Notes under the pieces: generated by a model | What the model saw: only the letters and a program-made list of their open reading frames with translations | What the model was told of the DNA's origin: nothing | Databases searched by the model: none | Part shown: one piece after another, positions 38,475 to 50,706 of the stretch | Position numbering within the stretch: position 1 is the first letter of the stretch | Layout: every line of letters starts with the position of its first letter | Source: Oculina patagonica | Lineage: Eukaryota | Direction of reading: 5' to 3' | NCBI RefSeq assembly: GCF_052425735.1 | Contig: NC_135759.1 | Span: 5,456,001-5,520,000, forward strand | DNA: 64,000 nucleotides | Program-made: the position numbers and the translations under genes

Positions 38475-41400
38475 GTGTCATGGTCAGAAAAAATCAAAGA
38501 AATCAAAGAAATTTTGGCCACAGCCAAAAACTCATACTTTGTCAGTTTGAGGGCCTAGGTATGTAACTGAAAGATATGAAGTTAGTTTTTCGAAATATTC
38601 AAATTTACGGCAGAAAACCACAAATAACGGTAATCGTATCGGAAGCTCAAATTTCACTTCTCGACAATCCGAAATTTCACGCTTTTCAGCTTCTTGCTAC
38701 CCAGACGTTTCAACCGCTGTAAACCTTTCCTTACCTTAGTTGCATAGATTGACTCTTCCTTTATTGAAATATAGTTAGTATTTTTATCTCTGATTATTTC
38801 TGAGCCAGCTGAGCCTCGATTAAGTAGACACATTTTTCTCATTTAGGAAAAAGGCTAAAATAATCCAAATTCAGTGAGGAAAAAAGCTGACCGGTAGTGC
38901 TTCAAATCTTCTGATATTTTAGCCAAAGAGAGTCCAGTCGTTGAATTTTAGGTTTATGGTTTCAAAAGTGTAGGATCTAGTAGCAGTTTTTAAGAAAGGT
39001 CGATCAAAGGTCGACAAAATTACAATTCCGCGGCTTTGAAAAGAACAACTGAAACACGTGACACGAAACACGCAATAGAGTAATTTGTATATTTTTTGGG
39101 CAAAGACAACACGGTAAAATTAGCTTTGAAGTTTTATACGTTTTAGACTTTAGAAAAATAGTATTTATCCTAAAGATTGCCTACAATAGAAGAAATACCA
39201 AAAATAACAGCACTTGAACTCTCCCTGATGTTCGTCACGCACGAGCGACTTGGAGCGGCGAATGACAAAAATATTTTCCATTGATTCAAAGTAAGCTATA
39301 TTCTGAAAAAAGAAAAATCTATTTTCTTTAAACTTTGCCCACAAATCTGTCTTAACTAAAAAACGAAACAGCTTTCATATTTGCAAGTATCGTAAGATAT
39401 ATGTTTTAATATTTTATTCATTTAGACCACAACCGGCCTATTTTTAGCAATGGCGACAAGTGAAAATCGAGTCACCGCTTCAAAAATTTATGCTCTAACT
39501 TTAGAAATTGTCTTAACTCTCCTGGAATAAATTGGGGACCTTTATCTGTATAAAGCACACAATTTTGATTCGTTTAAAAGAAACTATTAATACGAAATAT
39601 TTTTGATTTGAAGTCTACTTGGCCATTGACGCGAACGGTTCGAAAAAATGGCACATTTTCAACGGATCACTGCGCAAAAGTCCAACTACTTCCGCATAAC
39701 ATTTGTTTCCATACCAACTAAGAAGAAGTCAAAGAGTATGGAAATGGAAAAATATGTTGTGGTTTAAGCGAGCTTTTAGTGCAACCAGGCGGCAACTTGG
39801 CTTATGTTGCGAACATGTTTTGTTTACATTGCAACAGCGGGCAGTTGCTCAAGCGAAAAGAATTTAGCATAAACAACACAATATTTCGTAAACATTGTAA
39901 CTTTACAAAACTTTATATCAGCTCACACAATAAAACATTATTTAAAACTCGAAAACCTTAGCAGCTAGCGAGTCAGCAAAAAAAAAAATACTGTCGCCTA
40001 CCTGCAAGCCGGTGAGACAACAAAATTCATTGTCAGGTCCGCCATGGCCATGTTATTGGATTTCACATTTCTTTCTGGTTTTCGTCAACCATAGTATCCG
40101 CAGAAAGTTTCAAACGGTAAACATAACACACATAACATAACATTGAACATACCACATGATTGTGATAACTTAAACAAATGAAAGAAAGTTGCGGGCAACA
40201 CATCCCAAGAAATCAAGCGATCAAAACAGATCGGCTTGAACAGTTGATTGAAAGTTGCGTCACGCAATCTAACCTGAATCCAACTGCCTTATGGGCGAAC
40301 TGAATAATTATTGTCCAAGAATCGGACTGTCCAAAATATGGGCTGTAAATATTTTTGACCGACGTATTTGTTTGATTTCTTGTTTTCGACCACTTCCTGT
40401 ACATCTACATCTGGATGCTTCCAAATTTGAAATTTTAGGCTCGCTTTTCAAATACAAAAAAACCCGCTTTTTCAAAATAATAAATTGTTCTAGTAAACGA
40501 TAAAGGTAAGTAAGAAAGAAATAAAAAGTGGAACACAAATAAGTCTTTACAAACCACGCCGCCACGCACTTGTCATTCATACTTCGTTGTTGTTCTCGCG
40601 AAGCTTTATCAACTTACAAAACAAATGGAGGAGTTGCGCTTTTTGTTTCACACTTCAAAGTATAGAGGAAGTTGCGGCAATCGAGGGGGATAACCGAGCA
40701 CGTTCGTCTTGGAGACTGCAATGATCTTATAGCAAACCATTTAATTTCGTGGAATTTCTGTTAGAGCACGAACTAGTTTTTGCAAGAGCAGGTGTATTTG
40801 GATTGTCTTCATCAAAGAAAGGCGAAATTATATAAGTCCCAAGCATCGCCATTCTAGTTTTTCATAGGAAATATTCAAAACAGCACGGGCCTTTCTAATA
40901 TCCCACTCACCGTGCTGATAAAAAAGCCATTAGAAGCAGAGATGTGCTAAATGTGCACATGGCCGACAAGATCAGGTTTGTAAACGTATCTCACGTTTAT
41001 ACGGTAGTATAAGCTTATAGATTTCCTTTAATGGCTGAGTGGAAAATTTTTCTAGGCAAAAATGTCTTGTTCACTTTTTCGTTGGCTATATTTTTAGTGT
41101 GGCCATAAATGTGCAGGGTTTTTCTATCCTTCTGATAATTTCCACCCTATATCTTTCTCCGTAAGAAGGAATAGATGATGAGGTCAATTGAGCTCTATTA
41201 CACCCCCCCCCCCCCTTAACGAACCCGCCCAACCGGGAAATGAAAAAACCCGTCCGCGAATAGGACTGTTTGAGTTTTCTTTCAGCTAAATACGTTTTCA
41301 GCTTAATACGTAAGCTTCGTTTCTAATAAACATACCAAAATGGTGCACACGAGGACATATACATCTGTTAAAAATATTTAGAGCCGATATTTTGGACAGT

Positions 41401-43255
41401 CCGATTCTTGGACAATAATTATTCAGTTCGCCCATAAGGCAGTTGGATTCAGGTTAGATTGCGTGACGCAACTTTCAATCAACTGTTCAAGCCGATCTGT
41501 TGTGATCGATTGATTTCTTGGGATGTGTTGCCCGCAACTTTCTTTCATTTGTTTCAGTTATCACAATCATGTGGTATGTTCAATGTTATGTTATGTGTGT
41601 TATGTTTACCGTTTGAATCTTTCTGCGGATACTATGGTTGACGAAAACCAGAAAGAAATGTGGAATCCAATAACATGGCCATGGCGGACCTGACAATGAA
41701 TTTTGTTGTCTCACCGGCTTGCAGGTAGGCGACAGTATATTTTTTGCTGACTCGCTAGCTGCTAAGGTTTTCGAGTTTTAAATGATGTTTTATTATGTGA
41801 GCGGATATAAAGTTTTGTAAGGTTACAATGTTTACGAAATATTGTGTTGTTTATGCTAAATTGGTTTCGCGTGAGCAACTGCCCGCTGTTGCAATGTAAA
41901 CAAAACATGTTCGCAACATAAGCCAAGTTGCCGCCTGGTTGCACTAAAAGCTCGCTTAAACCACAACACATTTTTCCATTTCCATACTCTTTGACTTCTT
42001 TTTAGTTGGTATGGAAACAAATGTAATGCGGAAGTAGTTGGACTTTTGCGCAATGACCCGTTGAAAATGTGCAATTTTTTTTAGCCGTTGGCGTCAGATG
42101 GCCAAGTACACTTGAAATCAAAAATATTCCGTATTGTTTGTTTCTTTTTAACGAACCAAAATTGCGTGCTTTATACAGATAAAGGTCCAATTTATTCCAG
42201 GAGAGTTAAGACAATTCCTAAAATTGGAGCATAAATTTTCGAAGCAGTGACTCGACGTTTTTTCCTATTTTCAGTTGTCGCCATTGCTAAAAATAGGCTG
42301 CCGGTCGTGGTCCAATTGAATGTAATTCTTAAAAAAATATTTCTTGCGATATTTGCAAATATGAAAGCTGTTTCGTTTTTTAGTTAAGACAGATTGGTGG
42401 GCAAAGTTTAAAGAAAATAGATTTTTCTTATTTCAGAATATGACTTACTTTGAATCAATGGAAAATATTTTTGTCATTCGCCGCTCCAAGTCGCTCGTGC
42501 GTGACGAACATCAGGGAGAGTTCAAGTGCTGTTAGTTTTGGTATTTCTTCTATTGTAGGCAATCTTTAGGATAAATACTATTTTTCTAAAGTCTAAAACG
42601 TATAAAACTTCAAAGCTAATTTTACCGTGTTGTCTTTGCCCAAAAAATATACAAATTACTCTATTGCGTGTTTCGTGTCACGTGTTTCAGTTGTTCTTTT
42701 CAAAGCCGCGGAATTGTAATTTTGTCGACCTTTGATCGACCTTTCTTAAAAACTGCTACTAGATCCTACACTTTTGAAACCATAAACCTAAAATTCAACG
42801 ACTGGACTCTCTTTGGCTAAAATATCAGAAGATTTGAAGCACTACCGGTCAGCTTTTTTCCTCACTGAATTTGGATTATTTTAGCCTTTTTCCTAAATGA
42901 GAAAAATGTGTCTACTTAATCGAGGCTCAGCTGGCTCAGAAATAATCAGAGATAAAAATACTAACTATATTTCAATAAAGGAAGAGTCAATCTATGCAAC
43001 TAAGGTAAGGAAAGGTTTACAGCGGTTGAAACGTCTGGGTAGTAAGAAGCTGAAATGCGTGAAATTTCGGATTGTCGAGAAGTGAAATTTGAGCTTCCGG
43101 TACGATTACCGTTATTTGTGGTTTTCTGCCGTAAATTTGAATATTTCGAAAAACTAACTTCATATCTTACAGTTACATACCTAGGCCCTCAAACTGACAA
43201 AGTATGAGTTTTTGGCTGTGGCCAAAATTTCTTTGATTTTTTCTGACCATGACAC
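38475..43255. mobile_element. Foldback-type element with ~1.9 kb TIRs, TTAA target
   Basis: 38475-~40370 is the reverse complement of ~41355-43255 (mirror ORFs 38654/42897 and 40085/41459). TTAA at 43256-43259. The empty site caat|ttaa|gc is at ~14755. Confidence 0.9.
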
Positions 43256-44715
43256 TTAAGCAATCAGTTTAGTATTTATGTAACTGAAAGCTTGTAACGT
43301 ATTGATGAAATATACCACAAGTATATTGTATATATCCACGGGGAAAATGTTTGGCCTCGTGGACACGGCATGGTCTAGTGGTCAAGGCATTAAGGCTTGC
43401 AATCTGGATGTCCCTGGTTCGAAACTTCGGCCTCAACAGTAGGTGAATTCGCAACTCTGAAATGCCAAATTTCACCTTCTAGGCTATACAAACAGGGTCA
43501 GTCTTTCTGCACTAGCTAGGATATTTAGCACTACAATGCTTATTAATAAAAGCGATACCTAAATAAAGTGGATCAATTGTTATTTTGTATTTGAGCTTAC
43601 AATATGTAGTCTTGCTGAATATCTCAGCATAAATAATTGAATATGATTTGCTAGCCATTTTTTTGTGATCAATTTAGTTATTTAAAAAACACAGAGATAG
43701 TAGCTTAAAACCTTTTTGCAACTGTCCGTAAAACAAAGCCTGTATAAAGTGACGAAGCTTAAGCTCTTGGCGAAACTAGTAACAAAATCATATCACACAC
43801 AATTAAATTTTAATTCCTTTTTCGCTTGGTGGCTTTACCAAAGTTACAAAACCACTTGGTTGCTTGAACGGCATCAAAAAACTAACAGATAGTTGAACAG
43901 GCTCGCAGGAACATTTTTTTCCAAATTGAAGCTTTGTAGCGATTTTTATAATCGAGTTTTTGCGAAAACAGAGCACGAAATTTGTCGCGATTTTACCATC
44001 AATATCATCCACTTTCACTTTTTAGCTACGTCACGGACAAAGCTTGTTGTCCGTAATCCGTCTTTAGTTAATCTCTGTCAGTCGAAACCATCCTTGGTTA
44101 TTTTCGCGTTTTAATTGTACTCCTTTCGTGTTTTTCTATGTTTGAAAATTATTATTTCAAGGTTTCATTCAATTTGGAAGTAATCAGAAAAATGACTTAA
44201 AATACCGTGACATTGCTTCCTTTTAAGGAAAAGCTATCACTCTTATTACCCCTATACCAATTATCTGAGAATCTTGCATTGGGCCTAAAACGAGTGCGCC
44301 CCAATCATAACAGAAATGATGTTTCCAAAATGGGGACGATTGGTCCAAAAAACGCCAGCTGCACAGAGGGCCAGGGCACGCAGGGATAAAAATATATTTG
44401 ATTAGATACTTTTATCAGGTGACACCGCCTCCTCCTCCCCGCAACCTACCACCCAAAAAATCAGATCAGGGCGCTTTGGCAGAAGTTTTCTGGGCTTCAC
44501 GCTCTTCTGCAGTCAAATAATATTGAGGCTCAAAGCAGCAAAACGATGGGATTGCTGCTTATGGAGATTTAATTCAAAACAACAGAAAGCAAGTTCAAGT
44601 TAAAAAGATCACATACGTTCTACAAATGTGTCCTGTCATCTTTATTTTTGGTAGGTCAGCTCTGGCATCAACAACCAAAGAGCAACCGACCAACTACAGA
44701 ATTTAAATTGAATTA
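43256..44715 (+). repeat. Copy/haplotype B of block 14755-17050
   Basis: Colinear similarity, lacking the A-specific MITE and LINE insertions. Confidence 0.9.
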
Positions 44716-44815
44716 GTGATCCCCGTGAGCTCAGGTGGGTTCGAGAAGCTTCCATGAAGACGTGTTGATGGACAGTTAACCAACAGGCCACATAGCCCAG
44801 TCACCTCTGATGCTA
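44716..44815 (-). pseudogene. Remnant 3' end of a paralog of the TIR-barrel gene
   Basis: Encodes SIRGDWAMWPVG* versus SVRGEWAMWPVG*, followed by a similar 3'UTR. AATAAA at 44641-44646 (minus). Confidence 0.75.
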
Positions 44816-45343
44816 ACAAGGTTTAATTTCAAGAATTTATAAGGAGCGCCCATCTGAAGATTCTTAGTCGTCAGTTCGACCAAGGAATGATGGGACGGGA
44901 AGTCAGCCTGTCACCCGTCGCTTCTCATACTATGTTATTAGACACGGCTGGCCAAGGGCGAGTGAGACCAAGTCATGACAGAAGTATAATGCTGTCAAAA
45001 TGGAGACGAGTGCCCCAAATGAACGCCAGCTGCACAAAAGGCAAGGTTATGTCGGAATAAAAACTAAACAACTTATTTGATAATATACTATAATCACGGT
45101 TTAGAAATAGTTTAAGCGCTTCAGCCCCCAACCCTCCGCCTCCCCCATCTCGCGAAAACGAGTAAGTACAACCAAAAGAATCACATACACTCAACAACTA
45201 TGTCCTAAAAACTTTATTTGGTTGATCAGCTATAGAATCAACAACAAAACAGCAAAATACGTACGACTAAGTACATAGAATCAGTGATCCCGTTGAAGCT
45301 AATTGGGTTCGGCAAACTTCCATGAAGATGCGTTGATGGACAT

Positions 45344-48300
45344 TTAACCAACAGGCCACATAGCCCATTCACCTCTGACGCTACTATGGGAATCGAGCCA
45401 CCATCGCCCCGTCATCTGTACCCCCAGGACTTTACCCTCGTAGCACACCTGATGCGTGCCGTATTCCTTGGTAAACTGCAACTTAGAACCTGAAGAGAAA
45501 ACAGTTAAGCCGCAGGTTATGGTAGCTACTTATATGCCACTATCTGATCCGCCTAGCCCCCAAGGAGAAATGAAGGTGTAACGTGCGTTCGGAACCGTCC
45601 TCATACAAAACTGATTTCTTACACGTCAACATGCGCTTTAGATGTTCGACAAACGTTGGATTGACATGATAAAGCGACTGTTGAGACCTATCATAAAATC
45701 AGCTAACTTTAATTTGGTCAGGGCAGTACCAAATGGGGAGATTTCAATGTGTGTGTAAAATAAAAGATGCTTTTTTTAAAAAAAAAAATGAGAGAGCAAA
45801 AGAAGTGGCGAGACAGTGAACATTGCAGCGGGTTCAAGTTTATGCATGCGCTCCTGGATATGTTATTTTTAAACACTTTTGATAACTTTATTAAATACGT
45901 TTTAGTTTTGAACCCACCTGTGATCTTTCCATTTTTGAAAGTAAAAGGGCCAACTTCGTCGATTCCTGTTCCTGTAAACTGGTTTCTGTTTTGGAAAGTC
46001 ATGTTGACATCGATAAGCCATTTACTTCCTGCACTTTTTCCTTCAAACGCACGATGGTCAATGAAATAACCTATCCAGTGACCTAAAATAAACAAAATAA
46101 ATAAATAAATAAATAAAATGAATAAATGAATGAATCAACCAACCAATCAATCAATCAATCAGTCAATCGAACAATCTGTCAGTCAATCAACCATTTAACC
46201 AGCCGGTCGGTCGGTCGGTCGGTCGGTCGGTCAATCAGTCAGTCTGTCAAATAATCAAGTAATCGATCGGCAGTTTTCCCAGGAGTGGAAATTTCTTTGA
46301 AGGCCGGAGCAAGGGGTAAGGAGACTCCGCCAAGTCCAATAGAGTCTGGTTAAACATATACATTTTGTCTATTGAAACTGAATCTAAGAGAACTACGAAG
46401 GCTAAGTGTGCTTAGAAACTGCGATAGGGAGTACGTACATAACAAATAACAGCAAACAAGAAATTGTTATGGAAAATACCTGATGGCAGAGCTTGAGAAC
46501 TCTTTGAAGAGAGGACAACGGACAATTCCTTAGACTCTGCCGCGGACAACTTGGCTGATTTAGGTTTTGGGGTGGGAGCTGCTGAAGATGCCACAGCCTT
46601 TGCAGCCTTAACGGGAACGACGCCTTTAAGCTTCTCCATAATTTGGTTGATTGCTTCAGTCTCACTGGAGCACTAACATGGAAACAAAAGAGTCAGTCTG
46701 ACACTCTTGTTTGTGCGATATGAGTAAATGTATGATGTCCCACAGTGGTGTATCAAAAAATGTAAATGTTGTTTTATAGAGCCTTTTTTAAGCTCCGAGA
46801 TAGCTAGTTTCTAGGCATGCGACTAAAACAGAAGAAACAAATATTTCAAATGAACATAAAATGATGTGCCAAAATCGGCACATCAGATCATTTTACAATC
46901 CTCGCAAAACCGACTATCTCCCAACCCCAAACTAAGAACAATAGGAAAGTGCGAGTCAGAGATATGAGGGATAGTGCGTGGCGGCCGTTTGGTAGATGGA
47001 TGTTGGATAAGGACTGGTCCCATGTTATCGCTGCTCCTACGTGCAAGCAAAAGTTTGATTTGTTCTCAAGTGACTTACAGGATGCCATTGAACGGTTCCT
47101 GCCGTGGAGAACGATTAAGGTTAACTGCTCTGACAGGCCCTGGACTACTAAGAAATTAAAGATCTTGATCAGGAAACGCCAGGAGGCCTTTCTCAAACAC
47201 GGCAAGAGTTCTGATACCTACAAGTTATGGCGGAACAAGGTTCAGACGGAAATAAGATCTGCTAAGAAACGTTTCTACCAAACCAAGGTTGCCGAGCTGG
47301 AGCTCGACCAATCAAATAGTACGAACTGGTGGAGTCATATCAAACGGCTTACTGGGAAAGACATTAAACAAGACTGGTCCTACCAGTTCTTAGGTGAAAA
47401 TTGCCCAGATACACCCGCTCTCGCTAATAAGGTCAACGATTTTTTTCTTGGTTTAACGGACCTGTTTACCCCCTTAGAGCCTCCATCCTGCGCACCCCAA
47501 GAGGTTCCGCCCGAGTTCTTGGTATCAGAGAGTGAAGTACTGAAAGCCCTCCATGCAGTCAAGACCCGTAAAGCTGTTGGACCGGATTTGATTCCTAACA
47601 GAGTGCTAAAGGAGTTCGCTCCAGAATTAGCCGCAGTAGTACGTGACATTTATAACTCCTCCCTAGTTGAGGGCAACTTCCCTGACTCCCTGAAAGCCAC
47701 CATATTAAACCCGATTCCTAAGATTTCCCCTCCACAACAAATCGAGAAAGACCTGCGCCCAATCGCTCTCACCTGCGCGTTAGCTAAAGTGATGGAGGGT
47801 TTCACCCGTGCCCGTCTGATTTCCCAAGTTACTAATAAGATTGACCCACGGCAATACGCGTGCGCTGGCCGGTCTTCTACCGATGCGCTGGTTTACCTCC
47901 TTCAAGCGGTGTATGAAGCAGTCGACACTGGGAACAGCGGCGCAAGGCTATTTATGGCGGATTTCTCTAAAGGGTTCGACATGATCGATCACGAAGTTCT
48001 CATCAAGGAATTAGAGAAATTGGACGTGCACCCCGTTTTGGTGAATTGGATTAAGGCCTTCTTAAGCAATCGAACCCAGGCTGTGAGAATCGGGAACACT
48101 GTGTCTGATTGGAAGACCCCTAAGGGAGGTATCCCCCAAGGCACCAAGTTAGGAGTAATCCTATTCTCTATTATGACGAACAGCCTCCTACGTGCTTGGA
48201 ACCTTAGAATTAAGTTTGTCGATGACACAACAGCCTTAGAAATCATCCCTAGAAATAGTGTAAGCTTGCTTAACTTTGCTGCCAACGATATTTTTGAATT

Positions 48301-50706
48301 TTCAAACGAGCACAAGATGAAACTTAATCCTTCTAAATGCAACGAAATGTTAATCAATTTTATGAGTAACCATAATTTTGTAATTAATCCTATTATACTT
48401 GGAAATAACGTAATCGAACGAACCTCAACATACAAACTCCTTGGAGTTTACATCAGCAGCGACTTAAAATGGGACTACCACATAGACTATATTGTTAAAA
48501 AAGCGAACAAAAGACTATTTTCTCTAAGGATACTAAAGCAATGCGGTGCCACGCCGGTAGCATTAGCCAAAGTATTTGTTACGGAATAGTGCGTCCTATT
48601 TTAGAATATGCCGCCCCTGTCTGGCAGAACATTCCTGACTTTTTAGATAATAACATTGAGAGAGTCCAGAAGAGAGCCATGTTTATTATTTGTCCTTCCC
48701 TCGACTACAACGAGGCATTACGGCTGCTCGGCCTCACTTCATTGAGAGAACGGCGCCAACATCTTTGCCGGCAGTATGTCTGTAAACTTCAAGATGTAAA
48801 TAGCCCTCTTCATTTTCTTTTGCCTCGACGTGAGGAGATTGTACATAACTACGACTTAAGATCCGGCACAAGTCGAAGCACCATCAAACCTCGCAGAACG
48901 AAGCGTTCGCAGGACTTCGTCACTTTTCGATATTACACCTCGAACTAGCTTGTTTATAATAGAACCTTTTATTGTATATATATTGTAATTTTTATATTTA
49001 TAGTTTATATTTATACCTTAGCTTGTTTTTTACTCTGTAATTCAGTTATTAATACTGCAATGAGTGTCTATTAAACATTACATTACATTATTATATAAAA
49101 ATCCCAACTGGCCGATGGTAGACCAGTTGGCTACATACAAAGCGCGACCGAAGATTTGAACCAGGGACCACCGAAAACAAATCCAACTAGTGGAAGGGTG
49201 TCGGGGTTGAACCCGGGACCTCCGGATTACAACACCAGCAGCCTTAACCACTCGGCCATGCTGCTTTCTGTGTATTAGTTTTACCTACCAAGTTCCGGCG
49301 ATAAGTTACCCGTGATATCTAGAACAGCTCGACTCGAAAGTAACTCCTTCTAACTCCTTCCGCGCGTTAAAGCATTACCGCGCGCGTTAAAGCCTTACCG
49401 AGCTCATGAACACTCCCTGAAAATTTGCGAGAAGAGCATCGACATGAGCATATTCCTCCATGTCAAAGTTTTCGGTGACTACAGGCATGATTATTGGCGT
49501 TTTCTTGGTGAGGTACTTGCGCTGTATAAAGAAAAGCAAGACGTCTTTAAGGACAAAGAAAGTGTATGTACGTCAATATTAGACGATATCAGACGGTAGA
49601 AAAACATCGGTATCAGACCAGAAAACTTTGCCAAACTTAACTTTCTAATGTTGTTGGATAATTGGAACAGGCCTCTTTCCAAATACGACATTTATAATTT
49701 CTTTCAACTTCTTGCCGTTGAACTCGTCAACTCAAATTCTTTTTTTCACATCCATCTTGTACGTGTAACATACAACACCAACTGACATTGGTCGTGACTT
49801 TATCCACAGTGAAGTTTCGAACACTTCGGGGCAAACGGAAAGTTAAAGTAAACTACTAACAGACCTCATTCTCCTCCCCTCCCCTTCACTAAAACAGTAA
49901 GTAAAACTTGATTAGATACAAGATTGACAATTTTGCCTGAAAGTTGTTTTTTAGCAAATAGTAAATCTTCATTGAATTTTTGAATTGAATTGTATCTTAC
50001 CATGGCGTAGTTGTACTCAAAGACACACTCATCTGATTTTGCCCACTTCTCGTTTAGAAAAATCAAGAAAACCTTGGCATCGCGGACATTTGCGACAATA
50101 TCTTCGCGGTAAGTGTTCCCTCCGTGAATATCTGTGCACATCCAAGTACTGATGCCACGGCTATGGCAGAAAGAACAGAAATAAAAAGGAAGCTTTTAAA
50201 CCTATGTTAAATAAGTAAAAACCTGACGATCTTAAAGAAAAACTCTACCAATACCACCACTATCACAACCACCACCACAATTACAACGTACCTTCATCGC
50301 CGCAACCACCACCACCACTACAAGCACTACCACCAGCAGCATCACGATCACCACCACCACCATCATCTTCATCACCATCACTACAACCACCACCACTACC
50401 ACTATTACCACCGTCGCCATCACCATCACTAAAGCCATCATCGTCATCATCACCTCCTTCACCACCACCATCGCCACCACCGCCGCCACCATTACCAGTA
50501 CCGCCACTCTCACAACAGCCACCGTACCACTTACAGTTGAGTATGGTCGAATTACTAAAATATTGTCATGCTTTCAGACCAACTTTCACAGTGGTGTACT
50601 AAAATATATTCCGTACGAACGCTTACCTATGGAATACGCTTCTCGCTTTGTCCGCTAACTTCTTAGATGAAGCAACGTTCAAACTCAAAAAATAATCAGC
50701 ACACAT
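45344..50706 (-). CDS. TIR_2-type domain + Ala/Lys/Pro/Ser linker + predicted beta-barrel protein, 288 aa, six coding exons (50627-50706, 50001-50160, 49399-49521, 46480-46672, 45918-46082, 45344-45489)
   Basis: All introns are GT-AG with matching phases, and the joined 867 nt is open to the final stop. TIR pattern DYFLSL...GISTWMCTDIHGG...IVANVRDAKVFLIFLNEKWAKSDECVFEYNYA...IIMPV. Minus-strand AATAAA at 45213-45218. Confidence 0.85.
46095..46250. repeat. Compound tetranucleotide microsatellite
   Basis: (AAAT)n grading into AATG, AACC, AATC, GGTC and AGTC units. Confidence 0.8.
46862..49090 (+). mobile_element. 5'-truncated LINE (CR1/L2-group) with reverse transcriptase, inside a TIR-gene intron
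   Basis: End of the endonuclease domain (IGTSDH); RT motifs DLRPIALT, DFSKGFDMIDH, GIPQGTKLG, KFVDD. One frameshift near 48585 into YGIVRPILEYAAPVW...IERVQKRA. (CATTA)n tail. Confidence 0.92.
49091..49266 (-). mobile_element. tRNA-derived SINE, 5' half (3' half at ~46765-46860, split by the LINE)
   Basis: Same family as 26033-26332 (aaaatcccaactgg...ttgaacccgggacctcc...aaccactcggcca). Confidence 0.7.
50245..50525. repeat. (CAC/CAT)n degenerate trinucleotide tract, intronic
   Basis: Low-complexity accaccatc repeats between two exons of the TIR gene. Confidence 0.85.

Noticed and set aside
37958-38527. ORFs of 170-189 aa
   Set aside because: Artefacts of translating the N gap.
38654-43085. 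Duplicated small ORFs on opposite strands (38654/42897, 39779/41762, 40085/41459)
   Set aside because: A by-product of the long inverted repeats; no protein motifs.
47380-48435. Antisense ORFs (89 and 148 aa) within the LINE
   Set aside because: Shadow frames of the RT coding strand.
50232-50522. Val/Met-rich hydrophobic ORF
   Set aside because: Translation of an intronic trinucleotide tract.
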